DNA from: Maribacter sp.
GTDB taxonomy: Bacteria; Bacteroidota; Bacteroidia; Flavobacteriales; Flavobacteriaceae
Length of the DNA: 64,000 bases
Reading direction: 5' to 3'
NCBI RefSeq assembly: GCF_016744255.1
Contig: NZ_JADGES010000004.1
Span: forward strand, 10,142-74,141
Shown: positions 24,214-34,372 of the stretch, in pieces
Position numbering within the stretch: position 1 is the stretch's first letter
How the letters are laid out: every line of letters begins with the position of its first letter
Position numbers and translations under genes: made by a program
Notes under the pieces: generated by a model
The model's input: the letters and a program-made list of their open reading frames with translations, nothing else
Told to the model about the DNA's origin: nothing
The model's database searches: none

Positions 24214-25371
24214 TTATTTTAAACAACCACTTAATATTTGCAACACTAAACCAATTTCCTCTTTAGAATTCTGAGCATGCAAACAAAAACGAAGCCTCTC
24301 TTCTCCTTCAGGGACTGTTGGTGATAAAATTGCTTTTACATTAAAACCCTTGTCTTGTAATTTAGCTGCTACCTTTTTTACATTTTCATTTCCAGGGATA
24401 AGACAACATTGAATTGCAGAATCGCTAGGCAAAAATATAGTCTGTAATTTTAAATCTTTTGCCTTGTTTTTAAAGTGCCTTATGTTCCCTAACAGAAGCT
24501 TTCTTGCTTCTATCCCCTGATTACTAGTAACAAATCTAAAGGCGGCCATAATAGTAGCTACAGAGTGAGGAGGCAAACCAGTGGTATAAATAAAACTATG
24601 CGAAAAATTTATTAAATATACCTTTAATCGCTCACTCCCTAAAACAGCTGCACCATGACAACCCATAGCCTTACCAAAAGTTACTATTCTAGCAAACACC
24701 TCTTTATATGCCTTGTTTTGTTGTACCAAACCTTCTCCCTGAGTGCCAAAAACACCTATAGCATGAGCTTCATCAACCACTAAATGACACCCTTTTTTCT
24801 TTGTGAATTTTAGTAATGCATCTATATCTGGAGAATCGCCATCCATAGAAAAAATAGATTCTGTTACGATATAAACCTCACCCGTAAATTCTTTAGAAAT
24901 AGCTTGTGATAATTTTTCTTCTAAGTCCGCTAGACTATTATGTTTAAACTTATAATTTTTAGCATTACTTAATAAAATACCATCGCGAATGCTAGCATGT
25001 ATAAGCTCATCAAACAAAATAATATCTCCTCTTTGCGGTACAGCACTAAAAAAGCCCAAATTAGCATCATAACCAGAGTTAAATACCAATGCACTATCGG
25101 ACTTAAAAAAAGCAGGCAAATCTACCTCTAAATCTTTATACAAATTATGATTTCCAGAAATAAGCCTAGAACCTGTAGCTCCATTATGAGAAATACCTTT
25201 ATTTAATAATAACTGGAAGGTATTGGCGTACAAAGTATCATTAGTAGCGAAACCTAAATAATCGTTCGAAGAAAAATCAACCAAATTACCATTAGTTGGT
25301 AGGCTTCTAAGAGCATCTTCTTGCTCTCTCTTTTTTAATTTGGCATCTAAATTAGAGGGGAAATTACGCAT
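24214..25371 (-). CDS. bioF: 8-amino-7-oxononanoate synthase
   Basis: DFSSNDYLG, GSRLISG, DELIHASIRDG, ESIFSMDGD, DEAHA and TFGKA (PLP Lys) motifs; lies in the bio cluster. Confidence 0.88.
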   Translation of the reverse strand: MRNFPSNLDAKLKKREQEDALRSLPTNGNLVDFSSNDYLGFATNDTLYANTFQLLLNKGISHNGATGSRLISGNHNLYKDLEVDLPAFFKSDSALVFNSGYDANLGFFSAVPQRGDIILFDELIHASIRDGILLSNAKNYKFKHNSLADLEEKLSQAISKEFTGEVYIVTESIFSMDGDSPDIDALLKFTKKKGCHLVVDEAHAIGVFGTQGEGLVQQNKAYKEVFARIVTFGKAMGCHGAAVLGSERLKVYLINFSHSFIYTTGLPPHSVATIMAAFRFVTSNQGIEARKLLLGNIRHFKNKAKDLKLQTIFLPSDSAIQCCLIPGNENVKKVAAKLQDKGFNVKAILSPTVPEGEERLRFCLHAQNSKEEIGLVLQILSGCLK

Positions 25372-25435
25372 GCCCCAAATTTACTATCTTTTCTTGTTTT
25401 GTAACACTACTAAAACACACATATTACAAATATTT

Positions 25436-26002
25436 TTATTTAGATACTGTAAAATTTAAAAATAAAGGGTTGTTTTTAGTTATGGTATGGTTTATTCCAA
25501 CTGTGGGTTTATCTGTGTTATAAACACTTGAAATATACATATAGTCAAAATCTAATTGATAATCTCCTTCTTCTATTAGAATAACCCCTATCCTTGATTC
25601 GTACATATCCGTGTCGTTATTTAAAATTGCAGCTGGCTGGCTATAATAACTAATCATCCCTTTTTCTGCAATTATATATTGCTCGTCTATATTTACACCC
25701 ACGTAATCATCCGAAAAAGCAGAATATTTACGCACTTCAAAATTATAGGAGAACTCATCTACTCCAGATGTTTCGTATAAATCCAAAAGGCTAGAATACC
25801 CCTCTTCTGGTAAGTATCTACTAAAATTTAGTTCAAAAAATAGCGTATCACCCACCACATAGCTTACTTTGTTTTCTACTTTTATAGCGTCTTTTATATC
25901 TACCTCCACATTATTCCAATACACATCATCATCTGGTGGAGAGCACTGCATCCCCAAAACAGCTAAAAACAAAATTGAAATACTTACAATTACTTTTTTC
26001 AT
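25436..26002 (-). CDS. Hypothetical lipoprotein
   Basis: Lipobox GMQC; beta-rich; no family recognised. Confidence 0.6.
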   Translation of the reverse strand: MKKVIVSISILFLAVLGMQCSPPDDDVYWNNVEVDIKDAIKVENKVSYVVGDTLFFELNFSRYLPEEGYSSLLDLYETSGVDEFSYNFEVRKYSAFSDDYVGVNIDEQYIIAEKGMISYYSQPAAILNNDTDMYESRIGVILIEEGDYQLDFDYMYISSVYNTDKPTVGINHTITKNNPLFLNFTVSK

Positions 26003-26011
26003 TATTTCTTT

Positions 26012-26590
26012 TTAAAATCTATACCCAACTTTTATACCCGTTCTAACCAAACCAACATCAAAAAGCAAAACATCTTCAAAATTTGTCCGTATACCAATTT
26101 GAGCTTCCATAGACATTCTTTTATGGAATGCTAAAAAACGATACCCATAACCAGCACCAAGGCCTACATTTTCAATATTTCGAGTACCATAATCATAAAC
26201 GCCATATCCAGAAGCGTTATTACTTCTTTGAAGACCACTATCGGTTTCTGCCCTATTATAACTGCCAAAAATTTCGAAAAAATGACTCCTTTTTTGGGTT
26301 CCATTTACATACAAACGTGCATAAGGATTTATCTCATAATTTACTTTGTAATTGCTATATTCCTCTGCAGTTTTCAAATTGAGTTTCTGATGGGCATTAC
26401 TATATATAACTCCTCCCACACCCACAGTAAAATACTTGTTTAGAGTTCTCTCATAATTAAGCTCTGGACTTCCTAGGAGCAAATAACTTAAATTACCCGA
26501 GAATTGATTTTTATAAATTTCCTCCTCTTCTTCTTGAGAAAACAGGCTAACAGAAAATAATAGCGCAAATACTATCCAAAAATTCTTCAT
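26012..26590 (-). CDS. Outer-membrane beta-barrel protein (DUF3575-like)
   Basis: Signal peptide, alternating beta-strands and a C-terminal GIKVGYRF. Confidence 0.7.
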   Translation of the reverse strand: MKNFWIVFALLFSVSLFSQEEEEEIYKNQFSGNLSYLLLGSPELNYERTLNKYFTVGVGGVIYSNAHQKLNLKTAEEYSNYKVNYEINPYARLYVNGTQKRSHFFEIFGSYNRAETDSGLQRSNNASGYGVYDYGTRNIENVGLGAGYGYRFLAFHKRMSMEAQIGIRTNFEDVLLFDVGLVRTGIKVGYRF

Positions 26591-26720
26591 TCTAAATTAC
26601 TAATTTCATGTAAGATACTATATTTGGTAATGGTTGCTTTTTAAACCCTATCTTTAAATTGACAAGGATACAGACTGTTATATAACAGTAATGTTTTGAT
26701 AAAATAATATTTTTATCCTA

Positions 26721-27260
26721 ATGAAGATTACATACCACAAAGCGTCAGCTACAATCGAGTTACAACAAATAATTTCCTTGCAAAGGAAAAACTTATATGC
26801 CAACTTAACTAATGAAAACAGGCTACAACAGGGTTTTGTTTCGGCTTCCCACACCCTAAGTATTCTACAAGAAATGAATGTTGTATGCCCCCATATTATT
26901 GCTAAAGCAAATAATGCAGTAATTGGATATGCTTTAAGCATGCACCCAACCTTCAGTAACAAAATTCCTCTTTTAAAACCAATGTTTTTAGAAATAAATT
27001 CTTTAATTCCAAAACCAGAAAATTATATGGTAATGGGGCAAATTTGTATAGATAAAGATTTTCGTGGAAAAGGAGTATTTAGAAACTTATATACAACAAT
27101 GAAAGTAGCTATACGGAATGAATACGCCTCCATTATTACAGAAGTAGATGCTAAAAATATCCGTTCCATAAATGCTCATCGAGCCGTTGGTTTTAAACAT
27201 TTAAAAACATACCATTCTTTAGGACAAGATTGGGAGCTAATTATTTTAAAAAATAATTAA
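26721..27260 (+). CDS. GNAT family N-acetyltransferase
   Basis: MGQICIDKDFRGKGVFRNLY acetyl-CoA motif; NIRSINAHRAVGF. Confidence 0.88.
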   Translation: MKITYHKASATIELQQIISLQRKNLYANLTNENRLQQGFVSASHTLSILQEMNVVCPHIIAKANNAVIGYALSMHPTFSNKIPLLKPMFLEINSLIPKPENYMVMGQICIDKDFRGKGVFRNLYTTMKVAIRNEYASIITEVDAKNIRSINAHRAVGFKHLKTYHSLGQDWELIILKNN

Positions 27261-27313
27261 GCAATCCTTTGTTTAAAAAAAGCAAACTCAAAACACAATT
27301 TGCAATAGATACA

Positions 27314-27345
27314 AAAAAAGCCATACAATTATGTATGGCTTTTTT
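27314..27345. terminator. Bidirectional terminator between GNAT and atpC
   Basis: AAAAAAGCCATAC-N6-GTATGGCTTTTTT. Confidence 0.85.
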
Positions 27346-27364
27346 AACGTTTTATAGTAGCAAT

Positions 27365-27643
27365 TTAGTCCGCTAATACAATAACTTTATTATCCTTCAT
27401 TTCTATTGTGCCACTTATAATTGGCAAAATAGTTCTCCCTTTATCGTCTTTAGAGAATTTACTCTGGTACTCCTCTTCTATAGTTATATTACCATCTACC
27501 TTAACATTACCTCCTTGTAATAAAGAAACAATAGGTGCGTGATCATTTAACATTTCAAACTCTCCATTTATACCTGGAACCGTAACTGAAGTTACTTCTC
27601 CTGCAAATAAAGTTGCCTCTGGTGATACAATTTCTAAATACAT
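27365..27643 (-). CDS. atpC: ATP synthase F1 epsilon subunit (short, N-terminal beta domain only)
   Basis: LEIVSPE..VTVPGINGEFEMLNDHAPIVSLL; 92 aa; follows atpD. Confidence 0.93.
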   Translation of the reverse strand: MYLEIVSPEATLFAGEVTSVTVPGINGEFEMLNDHAPIVSLLQGGNVKVDGNITIEEEYQSKFSKDDKGRTILPIISGTIEMKDNKVIVLAD

Positions 27644-27651
27644 TTCTTTTT

Positions 27652-27724
27652 AGTTATTGGTTGATGGCTGATGGCTGATGGTGTTTTTGGTAAACCGAAA
27701 ACAAACTACTATCAACTGTCAACT
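27652..27724. repeat. Inverted 7-nt repeat arms forming a long hairpin between atpD and atpC
   Basis: AGTTATT GGTTGAT GGCTGAT GGCTGAT ... GTTTTTGG-TAAA-CCGAAAAC ... ATCAACT GTCAACT. Confidence 0.65.
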
Positions 27725-27727
27725 TAT

Positions 27728-29239
<1,512 letters not shown>

Positions 29240-29301
29240 CTACGTGTTTATGTTTATTTAGACTTAACCTTATTGCATTAAATCCTTTGTTTTTCAGGCT
29301 G

Positions 29302-29309
29302 CAAAGATA
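29302..29309 (-). promoter_or_regulatory. -7 element (TATCTTTG) of atpD-atpC
   Basis: Exact TAnnTTTG match upstream of atpD. Confidence 0.7.
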
Positions 29310-29357
29310 TGTTTTTCAATCTAAAATGAAAACTACTTTTTATTCTTTTTTAAACAT

Positions 29358-29386
29358 AAAAAAGAGCGCCTATAAATAAGCGCTCT
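29358..29386 (-). terminator. Terminator after the large TBDR
   Basis: Minus strand: AGAGCGC-loop-GCGCTCT followed by TTTTT. Confidence 0.7.
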
Positions 29387-29409
29387 AAATACATTTAAAA
29401 TCCCTACTA

Positions 29410-32160
29410 TTAAAGGTTTATACCCCAAGAAATATAATAGATGGATCCAACAAATCCTGTACCTACTGCAGAAAAATATTCTTCTGCTAATATATTAGAG
29501 CCTCCAATTTTAAATACCGATTTAATACTTGGTACTGCATAATTCACTTGCGCATCTAACACATTAAAGGCAGGAACATCACCATCTGCAAAAGTATTTT
29601 CCCAGAAATAAGCATCGCTCCATCTATAATTTAAGTTAAAACCTAAATTCTTAACAATCTCCGTATTTCCAAAAGATACTTTTACTTTATGTTTAGGTGT
29701 GTTAAAATTTGTTCTAAAATCTGGATATTCCTTTTTATCAAACTCAAACTCCGAATATGTGTAACTAGTTCCAAGATCAAAGTTCCCAAACACTTTAGCA
29801 TCAACGCCTATGGTTACGCCATAAGATTCTATATCCGCTTCTGAATTTGTGTATGTTTGGTATGCTTGGAAATCACCATTTTGTAAAGCTAATAGAGACA
29901 ATGCATTATCGCCTGCCTGTCCATAAAATGGTACCACTACAGTTGTATTAGAGATAAAATCTTTATACTTATTATAGTACCCACTTAAATCTATGGCTAC
30001 TTTTCCTATTTGTGCTCTGTATCCTAATTCATATGCTGTAATTTCTTCTGCCTTAACCAAATCGGTATTTACTGCGGTTGGCGCTCCTTCTTGTACAGAA
30101 TTTAAAGAGAACGCATTTTCATAGGCAGCTCTCCCGACTATAGTAACTGTTTCTCCTCCTGCAAAAGCAACTCCATCTGCACTTACAGGATAATCACGAA
30201 CATCTCTATCTAAGTTATCTGGAGCAGAACCCATTAATATAGCTCTACCTGCATTTAAGCCAATAAATAAATCTTGCGTAGAAGGATTTCTAAATCCTTG
30301 CTGTACAGAGGCTCTAAAATTTTGGTTTCTATTTTCCCCTGCTGTATAAACCACAGATAATCTTGGAGATAAAAATCCATCAAAAAATTCATTCTTATCA
30401 TAACGAACAGAACCCGTAAGTTTTAAACGCTCTTCCATTAACTTTTTTTGAACCTGAAGATACGCTCCAAATTCGGTATAACTAATAGGACCATCTATAT
30501 CGGTGAAAATTGTTCCATTAGATTTTAATATATATTCTCTAAAAGATCCTCCAACCTGAATCTCCGCTATATTTTTAGTCAAATGCGTAAAATTATAATT
30601 AGCATCTATATGGTTTAGCTCCGTATTATCAATAAACTTTGCTCCAGTAGTTAAATCGCCATCTACAATTACTTTATTAAATGCCGAATTAAATGCAGCT
30701 GTACCAGGAACCAATCTTCCTGTATCTGCCACTTGTCTTGCTGCGGCATGCGCTGTAGCATCATCTAATTGCTGACCAGTACCCACCCCTAGCTTTGCTC
30801 CAATATATGTACGGGCATACTGGGTAAACCAATCTGTATCTGATTTCCAAGATCTATTAATATTAATAGCTGCAAATCTAGAATCATAAGAATCTCCTGA
30901 ATTTTCAGATGTATGGTATCCTCTTAGAAAAAAATTATCATTACGGATTTCTAATTTATGTTGTTGCATCACAAAATTCTTTATAGAATATCTGTTTGCT
31001 CCTTGGTAAATAGTGTTTCCTCTACCTACTCTTCCGTTATATATAATTTCAAAATCATTTGCAAAAGGTTTGTAATGAATGGATCCATCAAATTTTACAC
31101 TTTGCGCATTATAGTCCATTAAATCTTCTTCCTCATACCCTGTTCTTGTAACAAATTCAGAGCCTACCGTACCAGAAGGCAATCCTGCTGCTGTATCGAA
31201 ATTCAACAAAGTACCTACTTCGTCTCCATATATATTTAACCCATCAAAATCTACATCTGCCCTTGTCTTTCCTGGATTCAGTAAATCTTCGTAATTATTA
31301 GCATGCCAATCTTCTCCTTGTAATATAGATAGGTTAACCTTTACTGCTAATTTATCATTAAATGCATGTGCTGCACGGATACCAAAATCATAGTAATTAT
31401 TATCTCCTGCGGCTTCTTGCGACGTTATACCTGTTTTAAAGTATGTACTTATTCCTTGATAATCAAAAGGGTTTTTACTACGCATAAACAATATACCATT
31501 GAATGCTCCTGCACCGTAAAGTGCCGAAGATGCTCCTGGAAGTATTTCTACACTTTGCACTTCTAATTCTGACATCCCAACTAAATTTCCTAAAACGAAA
31601 TTTAATCCAGGAGCCGAGTTATCCATCCCATCTACCAACTGCATAAAACGATTATTAGCAAAAGAAGCAAATCCTCTAGTGTTTATAGATTGGAATGTTA
31701 AACTATTGGTATTAACATCTACCCCTTTTAAATTTTGAAGTCCCGCATAAAAAGATTCCGAAGTCGTATTTTTTATTTCTTTTAATCCGAATCTCTCCAC
31801 AGAAACAGGAGATTCAAAAATACGTTCTGGCGTTCTAGATGCAGATAAAACAACTTCATCTAAAAATGTATGCGACTCATTAAGAGTTACTGCTATTGTC
31901 TGATTGTTTTTTGTAACACTTACAGAAGCTTCTGTGTATCCCAAACTAGTTATTTTTAATTCGAAGGGAGGATTCTCTGTGGTTTCCAAAACAAAATTAC
32001 CGTCAAAATCTGCAACCGTACCAATAGATTTTCCTGTAATTACAATATTTGCTCCTGGAATAGGGCTAGCATTTTCATCTGACACTTTTCCTTTAATGAC
32101 GGTCTGTGCATAACTACCCATTCCTATTAAAAGGAAGGATAAAAAAAGTATTTTTCTCAT
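29410..32160 (-). CDS. TonB-dependent receptor with a CarboxypepD_reg-like N-terminal domain
   Basis: Signal peptide, GANIV..GTVADFDGNF, DEVVLSASRTPE and plug (EILPGASSALYGAGAFNG). Confidence 0.92.
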   Translation of the reverse strand: MRKILFLSFLLIGMGSYAQTVIKGKVSDENASPIPGANIVITGKSIGTVADFDGNFVLETTENPPFELKITSLGYTEASVSVTKNNQTIAVTLNESHTFLDEVVLSASRTPERIFESPVSVERFGLKEIKNTTSESFYAGLQNLKGVDVNTNSLTFQSINTRGFASFANNRFMQLVDGMDNSAPGLNFVLGNLVGMSELEVQSVEILPGASSALYGAGAFNGILFMRSKNPFDYQGISTYFKTGITSQEAAGDNNYYDFGIRAAHAFNDKLAVKVNLSILQGEDWHANNYEDLLNPGKTRADVDFDGLNIYGDEVGTLLNFDTAAGLPSGTVGSEFVTRTGYEEEDLMDYNAQSVKFDGSIHYKPFANDFEIIYNGRVGRGNTIYQGANRYSIKNFVMQQHKLEIRNDNFFLRGYHTSENSGDSYDSRFAAININRSWKSDTDWFTQYARTYIGAKLGVGTGQQLDDATAHAAARQVADTGRLVPGTAAFNSAFNKVIVDGDLTTGAKFIDNTELNHIDANYNFTHLTKNIAEIQVGGSFREYILKSNGTIFTDIDGPISYTEFGAYLQVQKKLMEERLKLTGSVRYDKNEFFDGFLSPRLSVVYTAGENRNQNFRASVQQGFRNPSTQDLFIGLNAGRAILMGSAPDNLDRDVRDYPVSADGVAFAGGETVTIVGRAAYENAFSLNSVQEGAPTAVNTDLVKAEEITAYELGYRAQIGKVAIDLSGYYNKYKDFISNTTVVVPFYGQAGDNALSLLALQNGDFQAYQTYTNSEADIESYGVTIGVDAKVFGNFDLGTSYTYSEFEFDKKEYPDFRTNFNTPKHKVKVSFGNTEIVKNLGFNLNYRWSDAYFWENTFADGDVPAFNVLDAQVNYAVPSIKSVFKIGGSNILAEEYFSAVGTGFVGSIYYISWGINL

Positions 32161-32297
32161 TCTGTTCTTATTAAGTTTATTGCCTAGTCAATGGCAATAT
32201 ACCGATTTTTTTAAATTGACAATAGAAAAATTCAAAAATTATGCATGCATAGTAAATTATTTTTAAAATATGAGGCTTTAAAATGCGTTATTCATAA

Positions 32298-32331
32298 AAA
32301 AAGGGTTTCAACTAAAGTTGAAACCCTTTTT
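32298..32331. terminator. Terminator after glmS
   Basis: AAAAAGGGTTTCAACT-AA-AGTTGAAACCCTTTTT. Confidence 0.85.
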
Positions 32332-32350
32332 ACCTATTATATACTTTGCT

Positions 32351-34195
32351 TTATTCTACTGTTACAGACTTTGCCAAGTTTCGCGGCTGATCCACATTAC
32401 AGTTTCTCATAACAGCGATATGATAAGACAACAACTGCAATGGAATAGTTGTTAACAAGGGAGTTAAACTCTCCAAGGTCTCGGGAATTTCTATTACGTG
32501 ATCCGCAAGTTCTTTTACTTGTGTATCACCTTCTGTAACTATTGCTATAATTTTTCCTTTTCTAGATTTTATCTCTTGAATATTACTAACTACCTTTTCA
32601 TAATGCCCTTTTTTAGTCGCAATTACAAATACGGGCATTTGCTCATCAATTAAAGCTATAGGTCCGTGCTTCATCTCTGCAGCTGGATAACCTTCTGCAT
32701 GAATATAACTTATCTCTTTTAATTTTAATGCCCCCTCTAAGGCTACCGGAAAATTATACCCTCTACCTAAATATAAACAATTAGTAGAATCTTTATACAC
32801 TTCAGCAACAGTCTCTACTAAATCATTAGAAAGTAATGCCTTTTCAACCTTAGATGGTATCGTCTCTAATTCAGACAAATACTCATGAAACTTAGATTGT
32901 GAAAATTCTCCTTTTTCCTTCGCTAATTTTAAAGCTATTAAAGTTAATACTGTTATTTGTGTTGTAAATGCCTTTGTTGATGCAACACCAATTTCTGGCC
33001 CTGCGTGTGTATAAGCTCCAGCATCTGACTCTCTAGCTATAGATGAACCAACAACATTACAAACACCAAATACAAATGCTCCTTTTTCTTTAGCTAACTT
33101 AATAGCCGCAAGAGTATCCGCTGTTTCTCCTGATTGAGAAATAGCTATTAATACATCTTTATCTGTTATTACTGGGTTTCTATATCTAAACTCTGATGCG
33201 TATTCTACTTCAACAGGAATTCTTGCTAAATCCTCGAATATATACTCTGCAACTAACCCTGCATGCCATGAAGTTCCACAAGCCACAATAATTATACGGT
33301 TAGCGTTTACAAATCTCTCGATATTTTGATCAATCCCTGCCATACGAATAATCCCTTGGTCAGCTAAAAGCCTGCCACGATAGGTATCCATAATAGCTCT
33401 TGGTTGCTCGTATATTTCCTTTAACATAAAGTGATCGTAACCTCCTTTTTCGATCTCCTCTAAGTTCATTTGTAACTCTAATATGTTTGGATAGGCTACT
33501 GCATCATTCTTTATTTTACGAAGCTTAATCTCTTTACCAAGTCTAATAATTGCCATTTCCTCATCCTCTAAGTATATTGCATTATTAGTAAACTCAATAA
33601 AAGGAGAAGCATCGGATGCGATAAAAAATTCATCCTCACCAACACCAATAGCCAATGGGCTCCCTAATTTTGCAACTACAATTTCATCTGGTTTCTTCTT
33701 ATCGAAAACTGCAATTGCATATGCTCCGACCACTTGGTTTAAAGCAATTTGCACTGCTTTTCCCAATTTAACATCTTCTGTCTTTTGTACCTCTTCAATT
33801 AAATTAATCAATACTTCCGTATCCGTATCCGATTGAAAAGTATATCCTCTATTTTTTAAAGCCTGCTTAATAGATTCATAATTCTCAATAATTCCATTAT
33901 GGATAATTACTAAATCTCCTGAATTAGAATAATGTGGGTGAGAATTAACATCATTAGGAATCCCATGTGTTGCCCAACGAGTATGGCCTATTCCCAATGT
34001 ACCTGCTTGAGAGATTTCTTTGGCTTTATTTTTTAAATCTTCTACTTTTCCTTTGGTCTTTGAAAGGTTGATATCATTACCATCGAAAAGAGCAATCCCA
34101 GCACTATCATAACCTCTGTACTCTAAACGTTGTAATCCTTTTATAACAATTGGAAATGCTTCTCTATAACCAATATATCCTACTATTCCACACAT
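32351..34195 (-). CDS. glmS: Glutamine--fructose-6-phosphate transaminase (isomerizing)
   Basis: MCGIVG, RLEYRGYDSAG, GHTRWATHG and PRNLAKSVTVE motifs. Confidence 0.99.
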   Translation of the reverse strand: MCGIVGYIGYREAFPIVIKGLQRLEYRGYDSAGIALFDGNDINLSKTKGKVEDLKNKAKEISQAGTLGIGHTRWATHGIPNDVNSHPHYSNSGDLVIIHNGIIENYESIKQALKNRGYTFQSDTDTEVLINLIEEVQKTEDVKLGKAVQIALNQVVGAYAIAVFDKKKPDEIVVAKLGSPLAIGVGEDEFFIASDASPFIEFTNNAIYLEDEEMAIIRLGKEIKLRKIKNDAVAYPNILELQMNLEEIEKGGYDHFMLKEIYEQPRAIMDTYRGRLLADQGIIRMAGIDQNIERFVNANRIIIVACGTSWHAGLVAEYIFEDLARIPVEVEYASEFRYRNPVITDKDVLIAISQSGETADTLAAIKLAKEKGAFVFGVCNVVGSSIARESDAGAYTHAGPEIGVASTKAFTTQITVLTLIALKLAKEKGEFSQSKFHEYLSELETIPSKVEKALLSNDLVETVAEVYKDSTNCLYLGRGYNFPVALEGALKLKEISYIHAEGYPAAEMKHGPIALIDEQMPVFVIATKKGHYEKVVSNIQEIKSRKGKIIAIVTEGDTQVKELADHVIEIPETLESLTPLLTTIPLQLLSYHIAVMRNCNVDQPRNLAKSVTVE

Positions 34196-34372
34196 ATTTT
34201 AAAATTTATTGAAGGTGTTTCTTTTTTAATTTGCCGCAAACCTATAAAGTATCACATAAAAAGAAGGAATATAATAGATACATAACGTATTATTCCCACA
34301 AATTACACCACAAGAAGGTTTACTACATAGAAAAACGTCTGTTTATAATGCTTAGTATAAAAAAGAAAATAT

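Noticed and set aside
34196-34372. Possible glmS ribozyme upstream of glmS
   Set aside because: A TAGGTTTG -7 box at 34237-34244 leaves only about 35 nt of AT-rich leader, and no ribozyme core is visible.
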